Of a stretch of 17,808 bases of DNA, positions 7,943 to 17,060 are shown one piece after another. Position 1 is the first letter of the stretch; the number at the start of each line of letters is the position of its first letter. Position numbers and translations under genes: made by a program. Source of the stretch: Thermovirgaceae bacterium (GTDB lineage Bacteria > Synergistota > Synergistia > Synergistales > Thermovirgaceae); contig JBKHBH010000037.1 in NCBI GenBank assembly GCA_046542505.1, positions 1 to 17,808 of the forward strand. The letters are read 5' to 3'. The notes under the pieces were generated by a model that worked only from the letters and a program-made list of their open reading frames with translations, had not been told where the DNA came from and did no database searches.

Positions 7943-7998
7943 CTGTAATAAAATTGTGACATTCCTGTAAGACACCCGTTACGGCCTGCGCCTATACT
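7943..7998 (+). promoter_or_regulatory. Pho boxes (four 11-bp direct repeats) and -10 of the pstS promoter
   Basis: CTGTAAT-AAAA, TTGTGAC-ATTC, CTGTAAG-ACAC, CCGTTAC at 7943/7954/7965/7976, resembling the CTGTCAT PhoB half-site; TATACT at 7993-7998 lies exactly 10 nt after the last heptamer. Confidence 0.8.
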
Positions 7999-8054
7999 CC
8001 ATCGTGAAAGGTCCGGACAAACCCGGATCATCATGAATCAGGAGGGATTGTGTA

Positions 8055-8870
8055 ATGAAACGAATCGGACTGCTTCTTTCGGTTTCTCTACTTGTCGTCG
8101 GAGCAATCGCGGGCGCGGCATTCGCCGGCGATCTCGTCATCAAGGGCTCCACTACGGTACTTCCCATCGGTCAGGCCGCGGCGGAAAAGTTCATGGAAGC
8201 TCATCCCGACACGTCGATCTCCGTCTCTGGCGGCGGCAGCGGAAACGGCATCAAGGCCATCATCGACCAGACCACCGACATCGCCATGGCCTCGCGGTTC
8301 ATCAAGGACAAGGAAGTGAAAACCGCCGTCGAGGGCGGTGCCTATCCCGTCCCCTTCGCCGTGGCCATCGACGCCCTTCTTCCCGTCGTGCACCCCGACA
8401 ACCCTGTCAAAGACCTGACGATCCAGCAGCTTCACGACATCTATGCCGGGAAGACCACCAACTGGAAGGATCTCGGCGGACCTGACAAGAAAATCCTTCC
8501 CGTAACCAGGGACACCAGCTCGGGGACTTTCGAGGTCTGGAAATCGAAGATCATGGACGGAGAAAGGATCATTCCCAGTGCCCAGGTGGTAGCCTCCAAC
8601 GGCGCCATGGTCCAGAGCGTTTCAGGGAACCCTGCGGCCGTTGGCTATATCGGCATCGGCTACCTCGACAGTTCCGTAAAGTCCGTGACAGTCGACGGCA
8701 CCGAGGGAAACAACGAAACCTCCATCAGCGGGGAGTACCCCCTTACCAGGCACCTCTTCATGTTCACCCCGGGCTGGCCCACAGGGGACGCCATGGATTT
8801 CATCAACTACGTCCTCAGCGATGCCGGCCAGGAGATCGTGGCTTCCACGGGTTACGTGCCGCTTCGGTAG
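8055..8870 (+). CDS. pstS: Phosphate ABC transporter substrate-binding protein PstS
   Basis: 271 aa; signal peptide ending AFA; IKGSTTVLP, GGGSGNGI, DIAMASR, TRDTSSGTFE, YPLTRHLF; AGGAGG SD. Confidence 0.96.
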   Translation: MKRIGLLLSVSLLVVGAIAGAAFAGDLVIKGSTTVLPIGQAAAEKFMEAHPDTSISVSGGGSGNGIKAIIDQTTDIAMASRFIKDKEVKTAVEGGAYPVPFAVAIDALLPVVHPDNPVKDLTIQQLHDIYAGKTTNWKDLGGPDKKILPVTRDTSSGTFEVWKSKIMDGERIIPSAQVVASNGAMVQSVSGNPAAVGYIGIGYLDSSVKSVTVDGTEGNNETSISGEYPLTRHLFMFTPGWPTGDAMDFINYVLSDAGQEIVASTGYVPLR

Positions 8871-8902
8871 TTCTGAAAGGATCACAAGGGCGAACTGGTT
8901 TA

Positions 8903-8935
8903 CCCCGGGCCGCGCCTCCCAGAGGCGGCCCGGGG
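8903..8935 (+). other. Strong stem-loop between pstS and pstC
   Basis: CCCCGGGCC-(GC)-GCCTC-CCA-GAGGC-GGCCCGGGG, 14 bp of pairing, no strong U-tract. Confidence 0.65.
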
Positions 8936-8982
8936 ATGTTTCCGGCAAGAAACCGGTGAAACAGACGGAAAGGGATTGAATC

Positions 8983-9861
8983 ATGGCAACCACTCTCAAA
9001 GGCGACAGGCTCCCTAAAGCTGCAATATCCGTCATCGCAAGCATCGGTCTCGCAGTGATGCTTTTCATCCTCTTTTTCCTGGTGAAAGAAAGCTACCCGA
9101 TTCTTCTGGACACGTCGGTAAAGGAGCTTTTCCTCAGCAGCGAATGGTTTCCGACGGACGACCCGCCCGAGTTCGGCATGCTGTCCTTGATCGCCGGCTC
9201 CCTTTCGGTAACGCTTTTGGCTTCCTTGCTTGCGGTCCCCGTCAGCCTCTTTCTGGCGGTCTTTTTGTCAGAGGTCTGCCCCTCGGCTCTTCGCGAGGTT
9301 CTCAAACCCGTGGTGGAAATCCTCGGATTCTTTCCCTCGGTGGTTCTCGGCTTTATCGGCATGGTGATCATCGCCCCCTGGCTGGTTTCGGCACTCAACG
9401 TGTTTTCGGGGCTCAACCTGCTCAATGCTTCGGTCCTCATGGGCGTCATGATCGTTCCTATCGTTGCCTCCCTGGCGGAAGACAGCCTGGGGAGCGTTCC
9501 AAAAGACCTCCGCGACGCTTCCTACGCCCTTGGAGCGACCCGCCTTGAAACGATCTCTCGGGTGGTCATCCCCGCCGCCCTTCCCGGGATTCTTCAGGCC
9601 ATTCTTCTGGGCGTCATGCGAGCCGTGGGGGAAACCATGGTGGTCCTCATGGCCGCCGGAGGATCGGCCATCATCCCCCTGGCACTCACGGACCCTGTCA
9701 GACCCCTGACCTCGGCCATCGCGGCCGAAATGGGCGAAACACCCGTCGGGACCGCCCATTACCACGCCCTGTTTTTCGCCGGGCTGCTTTTGCTTTTCAT
9801 GACCCTGGGGCTCAACCTCATCGCTCTTCGGATTGAAAAACGGGGAAGGAGGTGGCGCTGA
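8983..9861 (+). CDS. pstC: Phosphate ABC transporter permease PstC
   Basis: 292 aa membrane protein; WFPT, KPVVEILGFFPSVVLG, EAA-loop DASYALGATRLET, RAVGETMVVLMAAG. Confidence 0.96.
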   Translation: MATTLKGDRLPKAAISVIASIGLAVMLFILFFLVKESYPILLDTSVKELFLSSEWFPTDDPPEFGMLSLIAGSLSVTLLASLLAVPVSLFLAVFLSEVCPSALREVLKPVVEILGFFPSVVLGFIGMVIIAPWLVSALNVFSGLNLLNASVLMGVMIVPIVASLAEDSLGSVPKDLRDASYALGATRLETISRVVIPAALPGILQAILLGVMRAVGETMVVLMAAGGSAIIPLALTDPVRPLTSAIAAEMGETPVGTAHYHALFFAGLLLLFMTLGLNLIALRIEKRGRRWR

Positions 9862-10721
9862 TGCCCAGCTCGGCAAGACATGCAAAGGATCGCGCCGCCA
9901 CGCTGTTTCTGTGGGCCATCATGGCGGCAACCTGCGCCCTTCTTTTCGGCATTCTTGCCTTTGTCGTCTCCAAGGGCTGGAGCGCAATAAGCTGGGAATT
10001 TCTGACCAGGCCTCCGCGGGACCAGATGACCGCAGGCGGCATCCTTACGCCCATCCTGGGGACACTGCAGCTCGTCGGAGTTTCCATGGCCTTCGCCTTT
10101 CCCGTGGGCGTTTTCACCGCCGTCTACCTGGTGGAGTACGCCAGAGACGACATGTTCACCCGGTTCCTGCGGCTTGCCGTCAGAAGCCTGGCCGGGGTCC
10201 CCTCGGTGGTCTTCGGCCTCTTCGGCCTGACTTTTTTCGTCATCTTCCTGAAGTTCGGTTCGTCCCTGCTTTCGGCGGGGCTGACCCTGGGCTGCCTGGC
10301 CCTTCCCGTCATCGTGGGGGCCTCGGAATCGGCCCTACTGGCCGTCCCGAAAGACTACCGGGACGCCTCTTACGCCATGGGGGCAACACGATGGCAGACG
10401 ATTCGCAAAGTGGTCCTGCCTGCGGCCTTTCCGTCCATTATCACCGGGGCCATCCTGTCCGTGGGCAGGGTAGCCGGAGAGACGGCGCCCATCATTTTTA
10501 CCGGCGCCGCCTTTTCCGCTCCGCGAATCGCCAAAAGCCTTTTCGACGAAATCATGGCCCTGCCCTATCATATTCTCGTACTGGCGACGGCGGGAACACA
10601 CATCGACAAGACCCGCCACATCCAGTACGGAACCGTCCTGGTCCTGCTGGCCCTTGTTTTGGGGATAACGCTCTTCGGCGTACTCTGGAGGTCCCGGCTC
10701 AGGCGACGAGCGAGGGGCTGA
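9861..10721 (+). CDS. pstA: Phosphate ABC transporter permease PstA
   Basis: Probable start ATG 9861 (TGATG overlap with pstC, GGAGG 8 nt upstream); [55 protein letters not shown]. Confidence 0.96.
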   Translation: MPSSARHAKDRAATLFLWAIMAATCALLFGILAFVVSKGWSAISWEFLTRPPRDQMTAGGILTPILGTLQLVGVSMAFAFPVGVFTAVYLVEYARDDMFTRFLRLAVRSLAGVPSVVFGLFGLTFFVIFLKFGSSLLSAGLTLGCLALPVIVGASESALLAVPKDYRDASYAMGATRWQTIRKVVLPAAFPSIITGAILSVGRVAGETAPIIFTGAAFSAPRIAKSLFDEIMALPYHILVLATAGTHIDKTRHIQYGTVLVLLALVLGITLFGVLWRSRLRRRARG

Positions 10722-10743
10722 CGCCTTGGAAGGGGATTGCACC

Positions 10744-11499
10744 ATGAAAGACAAGATCGTTATCGAGAACCTGAATCTTCATTACGGAACGAACCACGCC
10801 CTCAAGGATATCAACACGAAGATTCCCGAGAAAGCCGTCACGGCATTGATCGGGCCCTCGGGCTGCGGCAAGAGCACATTCTTGAGGTGCATCAACCGGA
10901 TGAACGACTTCATCTCTAGTTGCCGCATCGAGGGAAAGGTCTTTTTGGACGGCAAAAACATTTACGCGCCCGGGACGGACCCGATTAACCTCCGCCGGGA
11001 CGTGGGCATGGTGTTCCAGCGACCGAACCCGTTCCCCATGTCCATCTACGACAACGTGGCCTACGGTCCCAGGCTGCACGGCATCAAGAAAAGAAAGGAA
11101 CTGGACACCGCCGTGGAAAACAGCCTCAAGGCGGCGGCCCTCTGGGAGGAAGTCCGCGAAAAACTTTCAAGCCCCGCACTGTCTCTTTCCGGGGGACAGC
11201 AGCAGCGCCTCTGCATCGCCAGGGCCATCGCCGTCGAACCCGAGGTGCTTCTGATGGACGAACCCACTTCCGCCCTGGACCCCATGGCCACGGCCCGTAT
11301 CGAGGAGCTCGTCAGGGAATTGAGCGAGACTTACACCGTAGTCATCGTGACCCACAACATGCAGCAGGCCGCGAGAATTTCAGACGAGACGAACTTTTTC
11401 CTCATGGGCGAGATGATCGAGGCCGGACCCACGCAGACCATGTTCACTTCGCCGAAAGACAAGCGGACGGAGGATTATATAACGGGCCGCTTCGGATAG
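10744..11499 (+). CDS. pstB: Phosphate ABC transporter ATP-binding protein PstB
   Basis: Start ATG 10744; Walker [10 protein letters not shown], signature [13 protein letters not shown], Walker [18 protein letters not shown]-terminal [10 protein letters not shown]. Confidence 0.97.
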   Translation: MKDKIVIENLNLHYGTNHALKDINTKIPEKAVTALIGPSGCGKSTFLRCINRMNDFISSCRIEGKVFLDGKNIYAPGTDPINLRRDVGMVFQRPNPFPMSIYDNVAYGPRLHGIKKRKELDTAVENSLKAAALWEEVREKLSSPALSLSGGQQQRLCIARAIAVEPEVLLMDEPTSALDPMATARIEELVRELSETYTVVIVTHNMQQAARISDETNFFLMGEMIEAGPTQTMFTSPKDKRTEDYITGRFG

Positions 11500-11545
11500 A
11501 ATCCTCCGCGCGGCAGGCTACTGACGGAGAAAAGAGGGAAGGAAA

Positions 11546-12244
11546 ATGACGAACACCTTGTCTGGACGAAAAGCTTTCGACGAACAGCTTGAAAAGCTCG
11601 AACAGAACCTCATGAAGCTCGGCACCCTCGCCGAAGATGCCATCTGCAAGGCAATATGGGCTCTTCAGAAGCGGGATGACGCCCTGGCCCTGGAGGTCAT
11701 GGAAAACGATGACGTTTTGGACGATCTGACGGAAAAAATCAACGAACAGGCCCTGGCCATCATCGCCCGCTTCCAGCCCGTGGCCATGGACCTTCGTCTC
11801 GTTTCGGCGATCATCCACATGGCGACGGACCTGGAGCGCATCGGAGACCTGGGTGTCAGCATTGCGAAGATCACCAAGAAACTCTCCGGCCAGAAGCTGA
11901 TCAAGCCTCTCATCGATGTGCCGCGGATGGGGGACCTCATCCGTCGGATGATCGACGTCGCCCTGAAGGCCTTCATGAACAAGGATGCCGATGAAGCCAC
12001 ACAGGTCTGTGCCATGGACGACGAGATCGACGACCTGGACAACCAGATCTTCCGTGAACTGGTTGTCCTCATGATGGAAAACCCCCGGAACATCGAGCAG
12101 GCGACACAGCTCATCCTCGTCTCCCGGAGCCTCGAACGGGCCGGGGACCACGTGACGAACCTCTGCGAGCAGACCGTGTACGTGCTTACGGGCCAGACCA
12201 TCAAGGCTTCAGATTACCGGCGCCCGAGGGATGGTGGCAACTGA
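11546..12244 (+). CDS. phoU: Phosphate signalling complex protein PhoU
   Basis: 232 aa; RFQPVAMDLR, DLERIGD, DDEIDDL, LERAGDHVTNLCE. Confidence 0.96.
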   Translation: MTNTLSGRKAFDEQLEKLEQNLMKLGTLAEDAICKAIWALQKRDDALALEVMENDDVLDDLTEKINEQALAIIARFQPVAMDLRLVSAIIHMATDLERIGDLGVSIAKITKKLSGQKLIKPLIDVPRMGDLIRRMIDVALKAFMNKDADEATQVCAMDDEIDDLDNQIFRELVVLMMENPRNIEQATQLILVSRSLERAGDHVTNLCEQTVYVLTGQTIKASDYRRPRDGGN

Positions 12245-12247
12245 TTC

Positions 12248-12952
12248 ATGAGCACCGGGCGGATTCTCGTCATCGAGGATGAACAGACCATCGCAGAATT
12301 GGTGGCGGACTCCCTGAGGCTGTGGGGCTACAGGGTCGAAACCGTCGGCGACGGTGACGAGGGGCTTGCCGTAGCGGAAGGCACCTTGCCGGATCTGGTG
12401 GTCCTGGACCTGATGCTTCCGGGTCTCGATGGCTGGGAAATCTGCAGGAGGCTGAAGGAAAAGGAAGCCACCCGGGATATTCCCGTGATCATGCTCACCG
12501 CAAGGCGTGACGAACGGGACGTGGTGGCGGGGCTTGAACTCGGCGCCGACGATTACCTGCGAAAGCCCTTTTCCATGTCGGAACTCGTGGCGCGGGTCCG
12601 GGCCCTCCTGAGGCGTGCGGCGCAAAGCACCACATCGGGGGAGAAGACATCCATCGGCCCCCTGGTCCTGGACCACGAAAGGGAATCGGTCACCCTTCGT
12701 GGAGAATTCCTGGAACTCAGCCCGACGGAATACCGGCTCCTCGAAACGCTGGCCCGCTCCGCCGGCCGTGTTCTCTCGAGGGAGGAACTCCTTGGCAAGG
12801 TGTGGGGCTATTACGCCGGTGACACCAGGACCGTGGACGTGCACATCTGGCGCCTGAGGCGGAAGATCGAAACCGACCCGGAAAACCCGAAAATGCTTCA
12901 TACCCTCAGGGGACGGGGATATCGGCTTCAGTGGGAGGACGAGGGAGAATGA
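12248..12952 (+). CDS. phoB: OmpR/PhoB-family response regulator (PhoB/PhoP)
   Basis: 234 aa; ILVIEDE, VLDLMLPGLDG (phospho-Asp), GADDYLRKPF, winged helix RTVDVHIWRLRRKIE..TLRGRGY; directly follows phoU. Confidence 0.9.
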   Translation: MSTGRILVIEDEQTIAELVADSLRLWGYRVETVGDGDEGLAVAEGTLPDLVVLDLMLPGLDGWEICRRLKEKEATRDIPVIMLTARRDERDVVAGLELGADDYLRKPFSMSELVARVRALLRRAAQSTTSGEKTSIGPLVLDHERESVTLRGEFLELSPTEYRLLETLARSAGRVLSREELLGKVWGYYAGDTRTVDVHIWRLRRKIETDPENPKMLHTLRGRGYRLQWEDEGE

Positions 12953-14706
12953 GAACCCTGAAAGGGAGAATGACCGATCTCGTGGCAACGGTGCTTGCCC
13001 TGGCCCTTTTGGCGGGATGGTTCGTCGTCGGCAACGGCATTGAGGAACGCATGCACCGGCAGGCCAGAACCTCCCTGCTCCACCAGATGGAAGTTCTTGT
13101 CGGGGTCCTTGGCGAAACGGGCCTCGACGGGTTCAGCGATGTCCTCGAACGCATGGAAGCCTCGACAGGTACCCGTGTCACCGCCGTAAACATGCGGGGG
13201 AAGGTCCTCTACGACACCCAGGCGGCCCCCGAGAGGATGGACAACCACGCCGACCGCCCCGAAATCCGGGAAGCCATGCTGAGAGGGACGGGCATCTCTT
13301 CACGTTACAGCCGGAGCCTCGGCGAGGAACAACTGTATATCGCCCGCCTGGCCACGGACCCCCAGGGGGACACCCTCATTCTCAGGACATCTCTTTCGCT
13401 CCGGTATATCCTGGATGCTGTGAATTCCGCGAGAACCCGGCTTCTGTTTTCCCTTCTTCTTGCCGGTGGTGCGGCCATGGCGGCGGGACTTTTTTTCCTC
13501 CGTCAGGTCACGAAACCCCTTGAAGATCTCACTCGTGCCGCCTTCAGCCTCCGGGAAGGGAAACAACCCCTGTTCCCCTCGTCGGGGACCCTTGAAGTAC
13601 AACGCCTGGCATCGGCTTTGGAGAACATGTCAGACCGCCTCGAAGCGGCCATGGGCGACCTGCGCCGTGAACAGGGATATCTCCGCTTCCTTTTGGAATC
13701 CCTTCCAGTGGGTGTTCTGGTCGTGGATGACGGCGGGAGGATCCGTTACGCCAACTCGGCCCTGTCTTCCCTGCTCAGGGATGTCCCGGCAAAGATCGAG
13801 GGATCCGCCTACCTTTCGGCCATAAAGGCTCCCGAACTTCTCGACCTCCTCGAAAAGGCCTACAAGGGACAAAGCGGACGGGCCGTCTTTTCCGTTCGCG
13901 GCGTGGAAGAAAAATTCCTCGAGGCACAGGTCATCAAGATCGACTGGGGCGTTCTGGCCGTTTTGAACGACCTGACGAACCGGATGCGCCTTGAGGAATC
14001 CAGGAAGGCCTTCGTCGCCGACGCCGGCCACGAACTCCAGACACCATTGACGGCCATAAGGGCCGCCGCCGAACTTCTGGCCGACGACAGGGAGCTGGAC
14101 AACGCAAAGCGCCGTTCCATCGCCCAAAAGATCATCACCCAGCAGGAGCGCATGACGACCCTCGTGGATGACCTGCTTTTGCTGTCACGGCTGGAGTCGG
14201 AAGTTCCTGCTGAAGAACCCGAAGAGCTTGACCTGGCGGGACTTCTGAGTTCCCTGGTGGAAAACACCCTCGCCAGTCCGCTGGTCGAATCAATCAATGT
14301 GGAAAGTGACATTTCCGGACCGGCCCCTGTCATCGGACGCCCGGGTGACCTCTGGCGGGCTTTCGGCAACATCCTGGACAACGCCGTCAAATACACGAGA
14401 AAACGCCATGGCGACAAGCCCGGCGGGAAAATACGGGTGACCCTCGTCCGGACAAAAGACAGCTGGGAAGTTGTCATCGAGGACAACGGCATCGGCATCC
14501 CGCCCCAGGCGAGGGGCATCATCTTCGAACGCTTCCAGCGGGCCGAGACGGACCGCTCCAGGGAAAGCGTCCCCTCGGGCGGCTACGGCCTGGGACTGGC
14601 CATTGCCAGGCGCGTCTTCGAAACCCACGGCGGCTCCATCACCGCCGACGATACCGCAGAAGGTGCCCGTTTCACCGTTTCTCTTCCCTTTGCGGATTCC
14701 GATTGA
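12949..14706 (+). CDS. phoR: Phosphate-regulon sensor histidine kinase PhoR (2 TM, HAMP, PAS, HisKA, HATPase)
   Basis: Start ATG 12949 (ATGA overlap); extracytoplasmic MDNHADRPEI; H-box FVADAGHELQTPLTAI, N-box NILDNAVKY, G1 DNGIGI, F IFERF, G2 GYGLGLAI. Confidence 0.9.
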   Translation: MRTLKGRMTDLVATVLALALLAGWFVVGNGIEERMHRQARTSLLHQMEVLVGVLGETGLDGFSDVLERMEASTGTRVTAVNMRGKVLYDTQAAPERMDNHADRPEIREAMLRGTGISSRYSRSLGEEQLYIARLATDPQGDTLILRTSLSLRYILDAVNSARTRLLFSLLLAGGAAMAAGLFFLRQVTKPLEDLTRAAFSLREGKQPLFPSSGTLEVQRLASALENMSDRLEAAMGDLRREQGYLRFLLESLPVGVLVVDDGGRIRYANSALSSLLRDVPAKIEGSAYLSAIKAPELLDLLEKAYKGQSGRAVFSVRGVEEKFLEAQVIKIDWGVLAVLNDLTNRMRLEESRKAFVADAGHELQTPLTAIRAAAELLADDRELDNAKRRSIAQKIITQQERMTTLVDDLLLLSRLESEVPAEEPEELDLAGLLSSLVENTLASPLVESINVESDISGPAPVIGRPGDLWRAFGNILDNAVKYTRKRHGDKPGGKIRVTLVRTKDSWEVVIEDNGIGIPPQARGIIFERFQRAETDRSRESVPSGGYGLGLAIARRVFETHGGSITADDTAEGARFTVSLPFADSD

Positions 14707-14733
14707 AACGAAAATCGCCCCTCCGCGATCTTC

Positions 14734-14766
14734 AAAGAAAGGCGCGGCATTTGAAGCGCCGCGCCT
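14734..14766 (-). terminator. Intrinsic terminator of marR-arsM, lying between convergent phoR and arsM
   Basis: AGGCGCGGC (14740-14748) / GCCGCGCCT (14758-14766), followed by TTCTTT on the minus strand. Confidence 0.65.
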
Positions 14767-14814
14767 GCTCATGTCATAGGAGCTTTTGGCTTTCTGATCC
14801 TGAAAGGTCCCGTT

Positions 14815-15657
14815 TCAGCCTTTCTTCCCGCAGCAATCGCCTACGCAGCAGGCGGAAGGTTTGCGAGCCGAGACAAAGGCGCTTGCCAGCGAGCCGCTCA
14901 GGTGTTGCGAGATCTCTTGGGCAAGATCGGGAAACAGGTTTTCAAGTTCCTCCCGCATAAAGGTGAAAAGCCTTTCTTTTTCAACAGAGATGGCCGAAAA
15001 ACCGGCTTCGGAAAGCTTGCGCCGGTACTCGCTCTCCAGAAGCGCCCCTGCGACACACCCGGACCAGGCCGCGAGACTGTTCTTCACATCTTCAGGAACG
15101 GGCTTCACGAAAACCATGTCTGAAAGGGCGATTCTCCCGCCCGGAGCGAGCACCCTGTGGATCTGGCGGAAAACCTTGTCTTTCTCGGGAGAGAGATTGA
15201 TCACGCAGTTGGAAATCACCACATCCACGCTCCCGTCGGGAAGGGGGATGTCTTCCAGGTACCCCTCGATAAATGAGACGTTTTCCATCCCCCATGCCTT
15301 CTGGTTGGACCTCGCCCGCTCGAGCATCTCCGGCGTCATGTCCAGGCCCCACACCATCCCCTCGGGCCCCGTTTCCAGAGCCGAAAGAAAGACATCGTAT
15401 CCCGTGCCGCAGCCCAAATCCAGGACCCTTTCCCCTTTCTTCAGGCCAGCCTTCCTGGTGGGGCTCCCGCACCCAAAGGACCGCCCCTGTACGGTGCCGG
15501 GAATCTTCGAAAGCTCCTCGCCGCTGTAGATATCGGCCGTTATGGGGTCGCAGCCGGTGGAGCAGCATTCGCCGGATCCACAACAGGACGTCCCCGACTT
15601 TACTGCTTCGGCGTATTTTTCTCTGATTTTCTCCCTGAGATCTTCCATTCTTTTCAT
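14815..15657 (-). CDS. arsM: Arsenite S-adenosylmethionine methyltransferase ArsM
   Basis: Start ATG 15657 (ATGA overlap with marR), 280 aa; REKYA..SCC, SFGCGSP, SAM motif VLDLGCGTG, GLDMTPEML, VDVVISNCVINLSPEK, WSGCVAGAL; the As-binding Cys positions of ArsM are all recognisable. Confidence 0.93.
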   Translation of the reverse strand: MKRMEDLREKIREKYAEAVKSGTSCCGSGECCSTGCDPITADIYSGEELSKIPGTVQGRSFGCGSPTRKAGLKKGERVLDLGCGTGYDVFLSALETGPEGMVWGLDMTPEMLERARSNQKAWGMENVSFIEGYLEDIPLPDGSVDVVISNCVINLSPEKDKVFRQIHRVLAPGGRIALSDMVFVKPVPEDVKNSLAAWSGCVAGALLESEYRRKLSEAGFSAISVEKERLFTFMREELENLFPDLAQEISQHLSGSLASAFVSARKPSACCVGDCCGKKG

Positions 15658-16139
15658 CGAACCCCTTTCGAACAACTGAAACTTTGCGCCTTGCCATCAG
15701 GCGGATCAATAGCCTCAAGAGCTTTGGTCAAAAATTCAAGCCCCTCGGCCAGCGACTTTCGCCCGGCCTCCGGTATTTCCTGCAGTACCCGCCGGAAATA
15801 CCCGTCCATCAGCTTTTCGACACTTTCGTAATGCTCCCGTCCCGCTTCCGTGAGGGCCAGTCTCACATACCGCCGGTCAGGGTACCCGGGGCGGCGTTCC
15901 GCAAGTTCTTCCGATACCAGCGAATCGGCCAGCCGGCTCGCCGTGCTCTTGTCCACGCCAAGCATGCCTGCCAATTCAGTCACCGAGAGATCCCCTGCAC
16001 GTCCAAGCACCGTCAGGCAGTGGCATTCGGCGATCGTCAGCTTGCAACAGTCCGCCCGGCCGCTTTCGAGCAGCCCCATGGCCCTGACGATGCGGTTCAG
16101 ATTGTCTCGGACGGCCCGCACCTGTATTTCATCAGACAT
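15654..16139 (-). CDS. MarR-family transcriptional regulator, Cys-rich (probable As(III) sensor)
   Basis: Start ATG 16139 (GAGGTGA SD), 161 aa; wHTH SVTELAGMLGVDKSTASRLADSL, DRRYVRLALTEAG; N-terminal DCCKLTIAECHC. Confidence 0.88.
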   Translation of the reverse strand: MSDEIQVRAVRDNLNRIVRAMGLLESGRADCCKLTIAECHCLTVLGRAGDLSVTELAGMLGVDKSTASRLADSLVSEELAERRPGYPDRRYVRLALTEAGREHYESVEKLMDGYFRRVLQEIPEAGRKSLAEGLEFLTKALEAIDPPDGKAQSFSCSKGVR

Positions 16140-16158
16140 GATCGTCACCTCGATACAT

Positions 16159-16198
16159 ATGTTACATGCAACAGTTGCATTCTGCAACTATATGCAAA
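16159..16198 (-). promoter_or_regulatory. Putative MarR operator array and promoter of marR-arsM
   Basis: Overlapping palindromes ATGCAAC-A-GTTGCAT (16166-16180) and AGTTGCA-TTC-TGCAACT (16173-16189); candidate minus-strand TTGCAG(16187-16182)-17-TAACAT(16164-16159). Confidence 0.65.
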
Positions 16199-16376
16199 AA
16201 GAGAACTGTCCTTTACCGAATACTGCGTCGAGACTCCTGCCAAGGCCAATGCACAAGAAAGAAAAGTCAACCTGGAAATGCCCTTTCTCAAAAGAGGACT
16301 CTTTTTCGAAAACGGCTTGTACCTGAAGCCGGGGGCTCGGGGTTTCTTTTGTCGCAAGATCCCTGAAGTATCTCGA

Positions 16377-16413
16377 GGTCTCCCCCGAATAAACGGTCGA
16401 GGCGGAAGAGACC
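16377..16413 (-). terminator. Stem-loop just downstream of the thiE stop
   Basis: Minus-strand RNA GGUCUCUUCCG / CGGGGGAGACC, 11-bp stem with two G-U pairs, 15-nt loop, no U-tract. Confidence 0.4.
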
Positions 16414-16418
16414 GTGTC

Positions 16419-17060
16419 TCAGCCTTCCCGGGATATCCCAAGAGCCTGCCTGAAAGTTACCGCCACTGTGGGAATGTCGGAAGCCCCGACGAGAGCCCCG
16501 ATGACGGCCACGCCGGAAGCACCGGTCCGCAGGATTTCCGGCACGGCTTCAACGGTGATTCCCCCAATGGCGACACAGGGCAGCGACACGGCCTGAACGA
16601 CTTTTCGAAGGCCTTCAGGTCCGATGACGCGGGTGTCCTTTTTGCTTTCCGTCGGGAAGGCGGCCCCCACGCCCAGGTAATCGGCTCCATCTTTTTCCGC
16701 TTCGACGGCCGCCTCCGGCGCCCGTGCCGTGGCCCCGATGAGAAAACCTTCCGGCGCCAGCCGCCGCGCGGCGGCCACAGGCAGATCCTCCGCCCCGAGG
16801 TGGACTCCGTCGGCCCCGGCGCTCAGGGCGATATCAAGACGGTCATTGACGATAAAAAGCGCGCCATGAATATCGCAGAGTTTCCGGTATTCCAGCGCCT
16901 CATCATACAGGTCTCGTGAGGACGCCTCCTTGTGGCGAAGCTGGATCGCTGTGGCCCCGCCCTCCAGGGCCAGACGGGCCTGCTCCGCCATTGGCCGGCC
17001 ACGCCCCTGGAAAGGGTCCGGAATGACATACAGCCTGAGTTTTTCGGCAAGACCTTTCAT
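16419..17060 (-). CDS. thiE: Thiamine-phosphate synthase ThiE
   Basis: 213 aa; LYVI, GATAIQLRHK, LFIVNDRLDIAL, ADGVHLG.EDL, ADYLGVG..FPTESK, VAIGGI, GVAVI. Confidence 0.96.
   Translation of the reverse strand: MKGLAEKLRLYVIPDPFQGRGRPMAEQARLALEGGATAIQLRHKEASSRDLYDEALEYRKLCDIHGALFIVNDRLDIALSAGADGVHLGAEDLPVAAARRLAPEGFLIGATARAPEAAVEAEKDGADYLGVGAAFPTESKKDTRVIGPEGLRKVVQAVSLPCVAIGGITVEAVPEILRTGASGVAVIGALVGASDIPTVAVTFRQALGISREG

Noticed and set aside
7797..16198. Shared TGCA core in the RpiR and MarR operators, suggesting cross-regulation
   Set aside because: Flanks and spacing differ; a 4-6 bp match is expected by chance.
16377..16421. UGA of thiE followed closely by a hairpin, a possible SECIS or selenocysteine read-through
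   Set aside because: ThiE is already full length and the read-through peptide has no recognisable features; a 3' stabilising hairpin is simpler.
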